From assembly GCF_003428155.1 (NCBI RefSeq), contig NZ_QLIR01000001.1, positions 30,001-62,000 on the forward strand: a stretch of 32,000 nt of DNA, written 5' to 3'. A program made the translations under genes and the position numbers. This DNA is from Fastidiosibacter lacustris. Its GTDB lineage: Bacteria > Pseudomonadota > Gammaproteobacteria > Francisellales > Francisellaceae. The notes under the pieces were generated by a model. The model ran no database searches and was not told where the DNA came from. It saw only the letters and a list, made by a program, of their open reading frames with translations. This document shows, piece after piece, positions 1-8,293 of this stretch (within the stretch, counting starts at the first letter, position 1; every line of letters starts with the position of its first letter).

Positions 1-2
1 CA

Positions 3-821
3 GTGATTGCTGAACATAACATCAAAGGAGAGGCATTAGCACTTATTTTAGATGGCTTTGGTATGGGAGAAGATGGGGTTGCAAGAGGTGGTGAGTTATA
101 TCACTGTAATATAGCTGAACTTAGCTTTAAGCAAATAGGTGAGCTTAGTCCTATGATTTATCTAGGTGGGGATAGAGTACAAAAAGAGCCCTGGCGTATG
201 GCCTTATCGTTATGTGTTGAACTTGCCCTTAGTGTACCAAACTATTTGTTAGAGCATCGAAATTCAAAAATATTCTTAGATTTGTTACAACAAAATAGCT
301 CAAGTTTACCTGTTACAACTAGTATGGGACGCTTATTTGACGGCATTTCAAGTTTACTAGATATCTGTCATTACAATAGTTTTGAAGGTGAGGCTGCTAT
401 GAAGTTAGAGGCATTAGCAATTACTCCTGTCGTTGACGAAGCATTGTTCAAATTAAATCCAAACAACCAATTGGATATTTCTTGGTTGATTAAAGCATTA
501 TTAAGTAGTTCAAACCAAACGCAGGCAAGTAATTTGTTTCATGGCACGTTGGCATATGCGTTAAGCGTTTGGATGGATAAAAATGCACAAGTCAAAGACA
601 TAAAACAAGTCATTTTAAGTGGTGGATGTTTTCAGAATAAAGTGTTATTGACGCTATTATTAGCGCATTTAAAAGAGAGGGGTTTAACTGTTTATATTCC
701 TGAGTCTGTCCCTGTAAACGATGGTGGTGTGAGCTTAGGGCAAGCCTGGTTTGCTGCTAAAAAATACCAGAAGGAGAAACAAAATGTGTTTAGCAATTCC
801 TGCACAAGTGATTGCACTTAA
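3..821 (+). CDS. hypF: Carbamoyltransferase HypF, C-terminal part (5' end outside the window)
   Basis: Translation contains HypF/Kae1-like C-terminal signatures: GMGEDGVARGGEL, TTSMGRLFDGISSLLDI, FEGEAAMKLEALA, VILSGGCFQNKVLL, NDGGVSLGQAWFA. Directly followed by hypC, hypD and hypE. Confidence 0.95.
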   Translation: MIAEHNIKGEALALILDGFGMGEDGVARGGELYHCNIAELSFKQIGELSPMIYLGGDRVQKEPWRMALSLCVELALSVPNYLLEHRNSKIFLDLLQQNSSSLPVTTSMGRLFDGISSLLDICHYNSFEGEAAMKLEALAITPVVDEALFKLNPNNQLDISWLIKALLSSSNQTQASNLFHGTLAYALSVWMDKNAQVKDIKQVILSGGCFQNKVLLTLLLAHLKERGLTVYIPESVPVNDGGVSLGQAWFAAKKYQKEKQNVFSNSCTSDCT

Positions 822-1005
822 AAAAGATCAACAGGCGCTTGTTAATGTTGGTGGAGTGCATAAAGAGATTTCTTTGGTGTTGCTGGCAGAAAATATTAAG
901 GTGGGTGAATACGTGCTTGTTCATGTGGGCTTTGCATTGAGTAAGCTTAATGAAGAAAAAGCCAAACAGACTTTAGCTGACTTTGCTCAGATGTTAAAAC
1001 AATGA
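784..1005 (+). CDS. hypC: Hydrogenase assembly chaperone HypC/HupF
   Basis: Starts MCLAIPAQV, with the essential N-terminal Cys. The ATG at 784 has an AAGGAG ribosome-binding site at 771-776, so the ORF-track start at 751 is too long. Overlaps the end of hypF by 38 nt. Confidence 0.96.
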   Translation: MCLAIPAQVIALKKDQQALVNVGGVHKEISLVLLAENIKVGEYVLVHVGFALSKLNEEKAKQTLADFAQMLKQ

Positions 1006-1014
1006 GGATCAGTC

Positions 1015-2127
1015 ATGAATTATATTGAGGTTTTTCGCGATCCTAGGGTAGCAAACAAGCTGATTGAAAAAATCCAAAAAGTAGCATTACCAGATAGAGA
1101 ATATCATTTAATGGAGTTTTGTGGTGGACATACACATGCAATCCATCGTTATGGGATTGCTGGGCTTTTGCCAAGTAATGTACATATGATTCATGGACCT
1201 GGATGTCCTGTTTGCGTTTTACCTGTTTCACGTGTTGATCAGGCAATTTTTTTAGCCAGACAAGAGAATGTCATCTTTTGTAGTTATGCAGATATGTTAC
1301 GGGTACCAGGTACAAACCAAGATAGTCTGATAAAAGCAAAAGCACGTGGTGCAGATGTTCGTATGGTTTACTCTATTGAAGATGCAGTAAAACTTGCTAT
1401 TTCTCAGTCAAATAAAAAAGTCATTTTTTTTGCAATAGGTTTTGAGACAACAACACCGCCTACTGCTGTTGCAATTGATACAGCAAATAAATCTGATATA
1501 GGCAACTTTTATATATTTTGTAATCATGTATTAACACCAGTTGCAATGGAAGCGATTTTATCAGATGAAGTTAAAATCAATGGTTTTGTTGGTCCTTCAC
1601 ATGTGAGTATTGTTATTGGTAGTAATGCTTATCATTCTGTAGCAACGAAATATCACAAGCCTATAGTGATTGCAGGATTTGAACCTTTAGATGTATTGCA
1701 ATCGATCTTAATGTTGATAGAAATGATCAATAACAATGAAATTGGTGTAAAAAATCAATATATTCGCGCAGTAAGTGCAACGGGTAATGAATTTGCTCAA
1801 AGGCTTATTCATACTTATTTGGAATTATGCCCAACGTTTGAGTGGAGAGGATTAGGTTTTATCCCTAAAAGTGCTTTAAAAATTAAACAAGAATATGCAC
1901 GTTTTGATGCGGAAGTGGAATTTGCTATTCCTCAGGGTGTTGTAGGTATTGAGCACAAAGCATGTGCTTGTTCTGATATTTTAAGGGGTATAAAAAAGCC
2001 AAAAGACTGCAAGTTGTTTGGTGTGGCATGTACCCCAGAGCAACCTATGGGAGCCTGTATGGTGTCTTCGGAAGGCGCATGTGCAGCGCGTTATCAATAT
2101 CAATGGTCTAGGGCTTCTTCTGTATGA
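1015..2127 (+). CDS. hypD: Hydrogenase formation protein HypD
   Basis: MEFCGGHTHAIHRYG, HGPGCPVCVLP, FFAIGFETTTPPTA, GFVGPSHVSIVIG and C-terminal Cys cluster CKLFGVACTPEQPMGACMVSSEGACAA are HypD hallmarks. Confidence 0.97.
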   Translation: MNYIEVFRDPRVANKLIEKIQKVALPDREYHLMEFCGGHTHAIHRYGIAGLLPSNVHMIHGPGCPVCVLPVSRVDQAIFLARQENVIFCSYADMLRVPGTNQDSLIKAKARGADVRMVYSIEDAVKLAISQSNKKVIFFAIGFETTTPPTAVAIDTANKSDIGNFYIFCNHVLTPVAMEAILSDEVKINGFVGPSHVSIVIGSNAYHSVATKYHKPIVIAGFEPLDVLQSILMLIEMINNNEIGVKNQYIRAVSATGNEFAQRLIHTYLELCPTFEWRGLGFIPKSALKIKQEYARFDAEVEFAIPQGVVGIEHKACACSDILRGIKKPKDCKLFGVACTPEQPMGACMVSSEGACAARYQYQWSRASSV

Positions 2128-3149
2128 GTGTGAAGATAAACTTTAATACAGGTGTAGTCGATATGGCAATAGGAGCAGGTGGTAAAGCCATGAATCGCCT
2201 TATTGATCAGCTCATGAAAAAAGCATTTGCCAATGATTACTTGTTACAAGGTGAAGATCAAGCCACCTTGCCAGAAATAAAAGGTCAACTTGCTATGACC
2301 ACTGATAATTATGTGATTACGCCTTATTTTTTTCCTGGTGGTGACATTGGAAGTCTTGCGGTATATGGTACAGTCAATGACCTTGTTGTAGGAGGCGCAA
2401 AGCCGTTATATTTATCGGTAGGATTTATTTTAGAAGAGGGGCTGCCTCTTAAAGATTTAAAAGAAATCGTAAACTCCATGGCAGAGGCTGCTAAAAAAGT
2501 CGGAGTTAAGCTTGTTACAGGAGACACTAAGGTTGTTGAAAAGGGCAAGGGAGATGGTATTTTTATTAATACAACTGGGCTAGGTGTAATTGAACAAAGT
2601 TTCGTTACAAGAACGCCCTTGCAAAAAGGAGATAACATTATTATCAATGGCTTTATTGCAGAACATGGTGTGGCTGTGATGTCTAAGCGTCAAGGTTTAA
2701 ATTTTGACTGTAATGTCAAAAGCGATGTAATGCCTTTAAATCGTTTAATTGACATGCTTTATCAATCAGGTTGTAAAGTCAAAACAATGCGTGACCCAAC
2801 TCGTGGTGGAGTTGGAGCAACGTTGAATGAATGGGCTTATCAGTATCAAGTTGGTATTTGTATAAATGAATCTGCTTTGCCAGTGGGTGAGGAAGTCCGT
2901 TCAGCCTGTGAGTTATTGGGCTTAGATCCTTTGTTTATTGCAAATGAGGGCAAGGTATTAATCGTATGTGAGGCACAAGAAACTGATAAAATCCTTCAAG
3001 GTTTACAATCTCAGCCAGAGGGGAAAGATGCAGCTGTGATTGCAAAAATAGAAAGTGAGAATGAGGCTTATGTCACGATGAAAACACGCTTTGGTGGTAT
3101 CAGACGCGTTGATTGGTTAAGTGGTGAGCAATTGCCAAGAATTTGCTAA
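2124..3149 (+). CDS. hypE: Hydrogenase expression/formation protein HypE
   Basis: AIGAGGKAMNRLI, FFPGGDIGSLAVYGTVNDLVVGGAKPLYLS, MRDPTRGGVGATLNEWA and C-terminal PRIC, the carbamoylated/cyanated Cys tail. ATGA overlap with hypD. Confidence 0.97.
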   Translation: MSVKINFNTGVVDMAIGAGGKAMNRLIDQLMKKAFANDYLLQGEDQATLPEIKGQLAMTTDNYVITPYFFPGGDIGSLAVYGTVNDLVVGGAKPLYLSVGFILEEGLPLKDLKEIVNSMAEAAKKVGVKLVTGDTKVVEKGKGDGIFINTTGLGVIEQSFVTRTPLQKGDNIIINGFIAEHGVAVMSKRQGLNFDCNVKSDVMPLNRLIDMLYQSGCKVKTMRDPTRGGVGATLNEWAYQYQVGICINESALPVGEEVRSACELLGLDPLFIANEGKVLIVCEAQETDKILQGLQSQPEGKDAAVIAKIESENEAYVTMKTRFGGIRRVDWLSGEQLPRIC

Positions 3150-3160
3150 AAGGAGAAAAT

Positions 3161-4267
3161 ATGAGTCAGTTTTATTTTTTACCACATACGAGTTTAGATG
3201 ATTTGATTCATTATTTAAAACAAGAGGGTTTTATGGTTAAAGCACCAATAGTAAGCGAAGGTGCGATTGTGTATGATGATATTGAAAAAGCAGCCGAATT
3301 ACCCTGGGGATACATTGATGAGCAATCTCCGGCGCATTATAAAGTAACAAAAACCAATGCTAAAGCTGCTTTTGGATGGAGCTTACCGGTACAGTCTGTT
3401 AAGCCGATGCTGTTTAAGGAAAAAGAAAAATTATGGCGAGTCAAGAGAGATAAAAATGGTACACTTCAGTTTGAGTCATGTTTAAATAAACGAAAGTATG
3501 CAGTGTTAGGTGTGAGACCTTGTGATTTACGGGCAATTGAAATTCAAGATCGTGTATTTATTGAAAATGCTTACCAAGATGTGCGTTATAAGGTGCGTCG
3601 TGAAGCGATGTTTATTATTGCAGCTAATTGTACAACCTGTCACAGCAATTGCTTTTGCATAAGTTTGGGAGATTCCCCTTTTGCTGATAAAGGTTACGAT
3701 TTAGCGATGACGGAAATTGATCATGGATTTGTTGTTGAGTCTGGAGGTGATAGTGGCAGAATGCTCATTGAATATTTGCAGTTGCAAGTAGCCAGCGGTG
3801 CGCAAACGCACATAGCCTATCAGAAGGTAAATGGTGTATATGGTAAACAAAACAAGTCTATTCCTCCCTTAGCACAAGTAGAAAAAGCACTTTTTGAAGA
3901 ACATGATCACCCAAAATGGGAGGATGTTGCTAAACGATGTTTATCATGTGGAAATTGTACACAAGCCTGCCCAACCTGTTTTTGTCATACTGAAAAAGAG
4001 TCACCAAGTTTAGATGGCAAAGAAAGCACACATGTACGGGAGTGGGATTCTTGCTTTGGTTTAGATCATAGCTATACGCATGGTAAGCTTTATCGAGACA
4101 AGCCAAAATATCGTTATAGGCAGTGGTTAACACATAAGTTTTCAACGTGGCGGGAACAGTTTCGTACCAAAGGTTGTGTTGGTTGTGGACGCTGCATTAC
4201 TTGGTGTCCGGTGAGTATTGATGTCACAGAAGAAATTAATATCATTTGTCAGGGGACAAATAAATGA
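3161..4267 (+). CDS. hydB: Group 3b [NiFe] hydrogenase beta subunit (4Fe-4S dicluster electron-transfer subunit)
   Basis: Two Fe-S motifs ([16 protein letters not shown] and [14 protein letters not shown]), DSCFG motif, N-terminal HydB-type domain. ATG 3161 preceded by AGGAG. Sits between hyp genes and the other hydrogenase subunits. Confidence 0.9.
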   Translation: MSQFYFLPHTSLDDLIHYLKQEGFMVKAPIVSEGAIVYDDIEKAAELPWGYIDEQSPAHYKVTKTNAKAAFGWSLPVQSVKPMLFKEKEKLWRVKRDKNGTLQFESCLNKRKYAVLGVRPCDLRAIEIQDRVFIENAYQDVRYKVRREAMFIIAANCTTCHSNCFCISLGDSPFADKGYDLAMTEIDHGFVVESGGDSGRMLIEYLQLQVASGAQTHIAYQKVNGVYGKQNKSIPPLAQVEKALFEEHDHPKWEDVAKRCLSCGNCTQACPTCFCHTEKESPSLDGKESTHVREWDSCFGLDHSYTHGKLYRDKPKYRYRQWLTHKFSTWREQFRTKGCVGCGRCITWCPVSIDVTEEINIICQGTNK

Positions 4268-5115
4268 TTTATCCACAAGATGCCTACCTGCCACACGAAG
4301 CAGAAATTATTGAGTTTATTAAGGATGCAGGAGATATTTTTACACTGCGATTGCGTATAATGAATGAGAAAGTGCGCCAATCTTATAGCTTTCAGCCTGG
4401 TCAATTTAATATGATTTATTTATATGGGGTAGGAGAGGTCGCGATTTCAATCGTTAATGATCGAGACTTTAGTCGTGAGCTATTTGAGCACACCATTCAA
4501 GTTGTTGGACGCGTCACAAAAGGCATACAGAAGTTAAAAGCAGGTGAAAAAATTGGTATTCGAGGTCCTTTTGGTAGTTGTTGGCCAATTGAACAAGCCA
4601 AGGGTAAAGACGTTGTGATCATGACAGGCGGACTAGGGAATGCACCTTTAGTAGCTGCAACAGAAATGATCCTAAAAAATCGTGATAACTACGGTAAGCT
4701 CTATGTTGTACAAGGGGTGCGTCATAGTGTGGGATTAATCTATCAGGATAAATACGTGCGTTGGCATAACACACACAATACAGAAGTGATTATTACGACA
4801 ACGGAAGGTAAACCTTTTGGACCGTGGAAATGGTATAACGGTTTTGTAACAGCAACAGTAAAAGATCTTAAACTGGATTACCAAAATACTTATGTGATGA
4901 GTGTAGGTCCTGAGATTATGATGAAAAATGTTGCTAAAGCTTTTATTGATATTGGCGTACCGGCAAATCAAGTTTTCGTGAGTTTAGAGCGGAGCATGAA
5001 ATGTGCAATTGGACATTGTGGTCATTGTCAAATGGGTAAAGAATTTATCTGCAAAGATGGTGCAGTTTATGCTTATCCTTCTGTAGAAAAACTGCTATCT
5101 ATTGAGGGGGTCTAA
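4264..5115 (+). CDS. hydG: Group 3b [NiFe] hydrogenase gamma subunit (FAD/NAD(P)-binding, [2Fe-2S] C-terminus)
   Basis: SYSFQPGQFNMIYLYG FAD-binding type motif, GIRGPFGSCWP, VIMTGGLGNAPLVAATE NAD(P)-binding segment, and C-terminal CAIGHCGHCQMG...C [2Fe-2S] ligands. ATGA overlap with hydB. Confidence 0.92.
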   Translation: MIYPQDAYLPHEAEIIEFIKDAGDIFTLRLRIMNEKVRQSYSFQPGQFNMIYLYGVGEVAISIVNDRDFSRELFEHTIQVVGRVTKGIQKLKAGEKIGIRGPFGSCWPIEQAKGKDVVIMTGGLGNAPLVAATEMILKNRDNYGKLYVVQGVRHSVGLIYQDKYVRWHNTHNTEVIITTTEGKPFGPWKWYNGFVTATVKDLKLDYQNTYVMSVGPEIMMKNVAKAFIDIGVPANQVFVSLERSMKCAIGHCGHCQMGKEFICKDGAVYAYPSVEKLLSIEGV

Positions 5116-5116
5116 G

Positions 5117-5929
5117 ATGTCAGCCCAAGACAAATTAAGTGGCTTATCAAGTAAACCAACGCTGGCGGTACATAAGTTTAGCTCTTGTGATGGTTGCCAA
5201 CTTGCATTTATTAATGATGGGGTTAAGCTCCTGAAACTATCAGAACTTGTTGAAATCAGGCATTTTGCAGAAGCAGGTCCTGTGGATGAAAATTGTAAAG
5301 TGGATATTGCAATTATTGAAGGCAGTATTAACACCCAGCATGATGTGCATCGTATTCAAAGGATTCGTGACAATAGTAGATATCTGATTGCAATGGGTGC
5401 GTGCGCCACAAGTGGTGGTATTCAAGCACTACGCAATAACACTAATAAAGCTGAGTTTAAAGAGTGGATAAAAGAGGTGTATCCACAACATACGGATGTG
5501 ATTGCTAAAGAGGAGCTTGATACGGTTAAAGCAATTGAAGATTATGTTGAAGTGGACTTTGAGGTTAGAGGTTGCCCTGTCAGTGGTGAGCAGATGTATC
5601 ATATGGTGCGTCAGTTATTGTTTAAAGTAGAGTCCGAGTCAATTGTTGATCCTGTGTGTACTTCTTGTAAACACAGAGGGATTACTTGTGTCATAGTTGC
5701 ATATAATGAACCATGTTTGGGACCTGTTACTGCTGATGGTTGTGATGCACTTTGTCCAAAAATTAATAGAGGTTGTTATGGCTGTTATGGTGTTTCAAAA
5801 TATGCCAATTTTGATGCAATGACAGCAAAACTTAAATCAATGGGGCTTACTGATGAACAAATTGCTCGTAAATATCATTTTATCAACAATCAGCAACAAG
5901 GCTTTAAACAAGCAGGAGATAAGCAATGA
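5117..5929 (+). CDS. hydD: Group 3b [NiFe] hydrogenase small (delta) subunit
   Basis: SSCDGCQLAFI, MGACATSGGIQALRN, RGCPVSGEQMYHMV and CTSCKHRG...CLGPV...CDALCPKINRGCYGCYG Fe-S cluster ligands. ATG 5117 chosen over the track start at 5102. Confidence 0.93.
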   Translation: MSAQDKLSGLSSKPTLAVHKFSSCDGCQLAFINDGVKLLKLSELVEIRHFAEAGPVDENCKVDIAIIEGSINTQHDVHRIQRIRDNSRYLIAMGACATSGGIQALRNNTNKAEFKEWIKEVYPQHTDVIAKEELDTVKAIEDYVEVDFEVRGCPVSGEQMYHMVRQLLFKVESESIVDPVCTSCKHRGITCVIVAYNEPCLGPVTADGCDALCPKINRGCYGCYGVSKYANFDAMTAKLKSMGLTDEQIARKYHFINNQQQGFKQAGDKQ

Positions 5930-7257
5930 GTTTCATTGCAAAAAGCACTAAAAAAATAGAAGTCCCTATTTTAGCGCGTGTTGAAGGAGAGGGTGCGCTT
6001 GATTTAGAGATTACAGATAATGAAATCAGCAAATGTCACGTTCGTATTTATGAACCTCCGCGCTATTTTGAGAAATTTTTAGAAGGGCGTGAGCCTAATG
6101 AGATCATTGATGCTGTTGCACGTATTTGTGGTATTTGTCCTATGGCCTATCAGATGAGTGTTGTAACGTTAATGGAAAAAGCGTTTGGTGTTGAGGTGAC
6201 CTCTTGGATTAAAGCAATGCGTCGTGTGATGTATTTAGGTGAGTGGATGGAGTCACATTATCTACATACTCACATTTTAGCAGCGCCTGATTTTTTAAAG
6301 TATCATTCTGCGATTGAAATGGCAAAAGACTTCCCAAATGAAATCAAACGCGGTGTTAAATTGCAGCACCTGGGCAATGATATTTTAGCTCTTTTTGGAG
6401 GGCGTTCTGTTCATCCTGGTGCAATTAAAGTTGGTGGTTTTTATCGTGCGCCTAAACCAAAAGAAATCAAAGCACTTATTCCACGCTTACAAGAAGCATT
6501 GACTGATGCTAAAGATGTGGTACTGTGGTTTGCAACTTTACCTTATCCTGATGTAAATTTTGATGAAATTTTACAAGTATCATTAATGGATCAAAGTGGG
6601 CAATATCCGGTTATTGCTGATCATGTTGTTACAAATAAAGGAGAGAGCTTCCCAATTGAAGATTGGGATCAATATTTTTATGAATTTCATGCCCCACAAT
6701 CCACGGCACTGCATTCAACACGTGATGATAAACCTTATATGACGACACCATTGACACGCTTAAATTTAAATTTTAATAAATTACCACAAGAAGTACAGGA
6801 TTTAGCTAATAGCACAGGCGTCTCTTTCCCAAGTAATAACATCTTTCATAGCATCTTAGCACGTTCAATTGAGTGCTATTACGCTATAGGTGAGATTTTA
6901 CGTATTTTGAAAAATTATGAGTATCCAGAAAAGCCTTATGTGGATGTGACTTACAAAGCAAGTAAGGCGTGGGGAGCAAGTGAAGCGCCACGTGGTATTC
7001 AAATTGACTACTTTGAGTTTGATGATGAAGGACGGGCTACCAAAATACGCATTACCCCACCAACTGCGCAAAACTTGGCATGTATGGAAGCAGATTTAAA
7101 GCAATCACTAACTCAGTTTGGGTTGGATAAATCCGATGATGAGCTAAGAGTGTACGCTGAAATGGTGATACGTAACTATGATCCTTGTATTTCATGTTCA
7201 GCACATTTTTTAACTTTAAATCTAGAGCGAATCAGCAGTACAGAAATAGAGAAATAG
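5926..7257 (+). CDS. hydA: Group 3b [NiFe] hydrogenase large (alpha, catalytic) subunit
   Basis: N-terminal RVEGEGALDLEI, L1 motif RICGICPMAYQMS, L2 motif DPCISCSAHFLTL. ATGA overlap with the small subunit. Confidence 0.95.
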   Translation: MSFIAKSTKKIEVPILARVEGEGALDLEITDNEISKCHVRIYEPPRYFEKFLEGREPNEIIDAVARICGICPMAYQMSVVTLMEKAFGVEVTSWIKAMRRVMYLGEWMESHYLHTHILAAPDFLKYHSAIEMAKDFPNEIKRGVKLQHLGNDILALFGGRSVHPGAIKVGGFYRAPKPKEIKALIPRLQEALTDAKDVVLWFATLPYPDVNFDEILQVSLMDQSGQYPVIADHVVTNKGESFPIEDWDQYFYEFHAPQSTALHSTRDDKPYMTTPLTRLNLNFNKLPQEVQDLANSTGVSFPSNNIFHSILARSIECYYAIGEILRILKNYEYPEKPYVDVTYKASKAWGASEAPRGIQIDYFEFDDEGRATKIRITPPTAQNLACMEADLKQSLTQFGLDKSDDELRVYAEMVIRNYDPCISCSAHFLTLNLERISSTEIEK

Positions 7258-7265
7258 AGAAATAG
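7243..7265 (+). repeat. Short tandem repeat, 8-mer GAAATAGA, about 2.9 copies, spanning the hydA stop codon
   Basis: Direct reading: GAAATAGA GAAATAGA GAAATAG at 7243-7265. The stop codon TAG is at 7255-7257. Confidence 0.9.
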
Positions 7266-7267
7266 TC

Positions 7268-8194
7268 ATGTGTGATAAACGGTTTTTTGGTAAGTTTATT
7301 ATAGTTAGTATAGTTTTATGGGTCGTATTTGGATTGATGTTCTATCAGCATTTGTCGTTATTAGGCATGGTGTTTATCGCTTTTGTACTAGGTTTAAGAC
7401 ATGGCTTTGACGTTGATCATATCGTGGCAATTGATAATATTACACGTAAACTCGCAGCAAGTGATAAACCAAGTATCACAACAGGCTTGTTTTTTGCTTT
7501 GGGACATTCTACTGTCGTATTTTTGCTGACTTTTTTTGTAATACTCGGTGTAAGTTTAACTCAAACAGAAAAAGTAGGTGTGTTAGCAACAGGTGCGCTT
7601 GTCGGTAGCATTGTATCAATTACATTTCTATGGCTTACCGCGAGCATGAATGTTGTATCTTTGTACCATATGGTTAGGCGTAACCAAAGTAAACATCTTT
7701 ATTCGCCCTTAGCACATTGGCTTAGACCTATTTTTAAATTGATTGATAAACCTTATAAAATGTATCCAGTTGGATTTTTGTTTGGGTTAGGGTTTGATAC
7801 GGCTACTGAAATCGCTCTTTTAGGGTTGGCAGCAAGTGTGTCTTTACAGGGCGAGTCTATATGGCTTATTTTGTGTTTGCCGATTGCATTTGCATTAGGA
7901 ATGACATGGGTTGATTCGTTGGATGCAATTATTATGACAAAGCTGGTTGATACAAACAGCTTGAATTCATCTAAATATAAGCACTTTAACATTACGGTAT
8001 TATTAATTGTTATCTTTGCTGCGTTTAGTGTTGGCTTTATCCAATTATTTAGTTTAATTGGCATTAAAATGTATGACATGGTAGGTTTTGTTTTAGATTA
8101 CTCACCGTGGTTTGGAGCAGCAATTGTTTTGATCTTGCTTTTATTACTGATATTCATGCGTTTAAAAGAGAGTTTAAGGATAACTCCTAATTAA
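7268..8194 (+). CDS. NiCoT (HoxN/HupN/NixA) family nickel/cobalt permease
   Basis: Signature RHGFDVDHIVAIDN (HX4DH), LFFALGHSTVV, FGLGFDTATEI, ALGMTWVDSLDAI. Multiple TM helices. Starts 10 nt after the large hydrogenase subunit. Confidence 0.93.
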   Translation: MCDKRFFGKFIIVSIVLWVVFGLMFYQHLSLLGMVFIAFVLGLRHGFDVDHIVAIDNITRKLAASDKPSITTGLFFALGHSTVVFLLTFFVILGVSLTQTEKVGVLATGALVGSIVSITFLWLTASMNVVSLYHMVRRNQSKHLYSPLAHWLRPIFKLIDKPYKMYPVGFLFGLGFDTATEIALLGLAASVSLQGESIWLILCLPIAFALGMTWVDSLDAIIMTKLVDTNSLNSSKYKHFNITVLLIVIFAAFSVGFIQLFSLIGIKMYDMVGFVLDYSPWFGAAIVLILLLLLIFMRLKESLRITPN

Positions 8195-8293
8195 GTAAAG
8201 AGAAGGAGCTTCGGCAGATAAAAAACACTTTCGCTTCACTTGTCGTTTGTTACAATGAATGCTATTCAAATTGATTGAAGGGTTTTATCTTAG

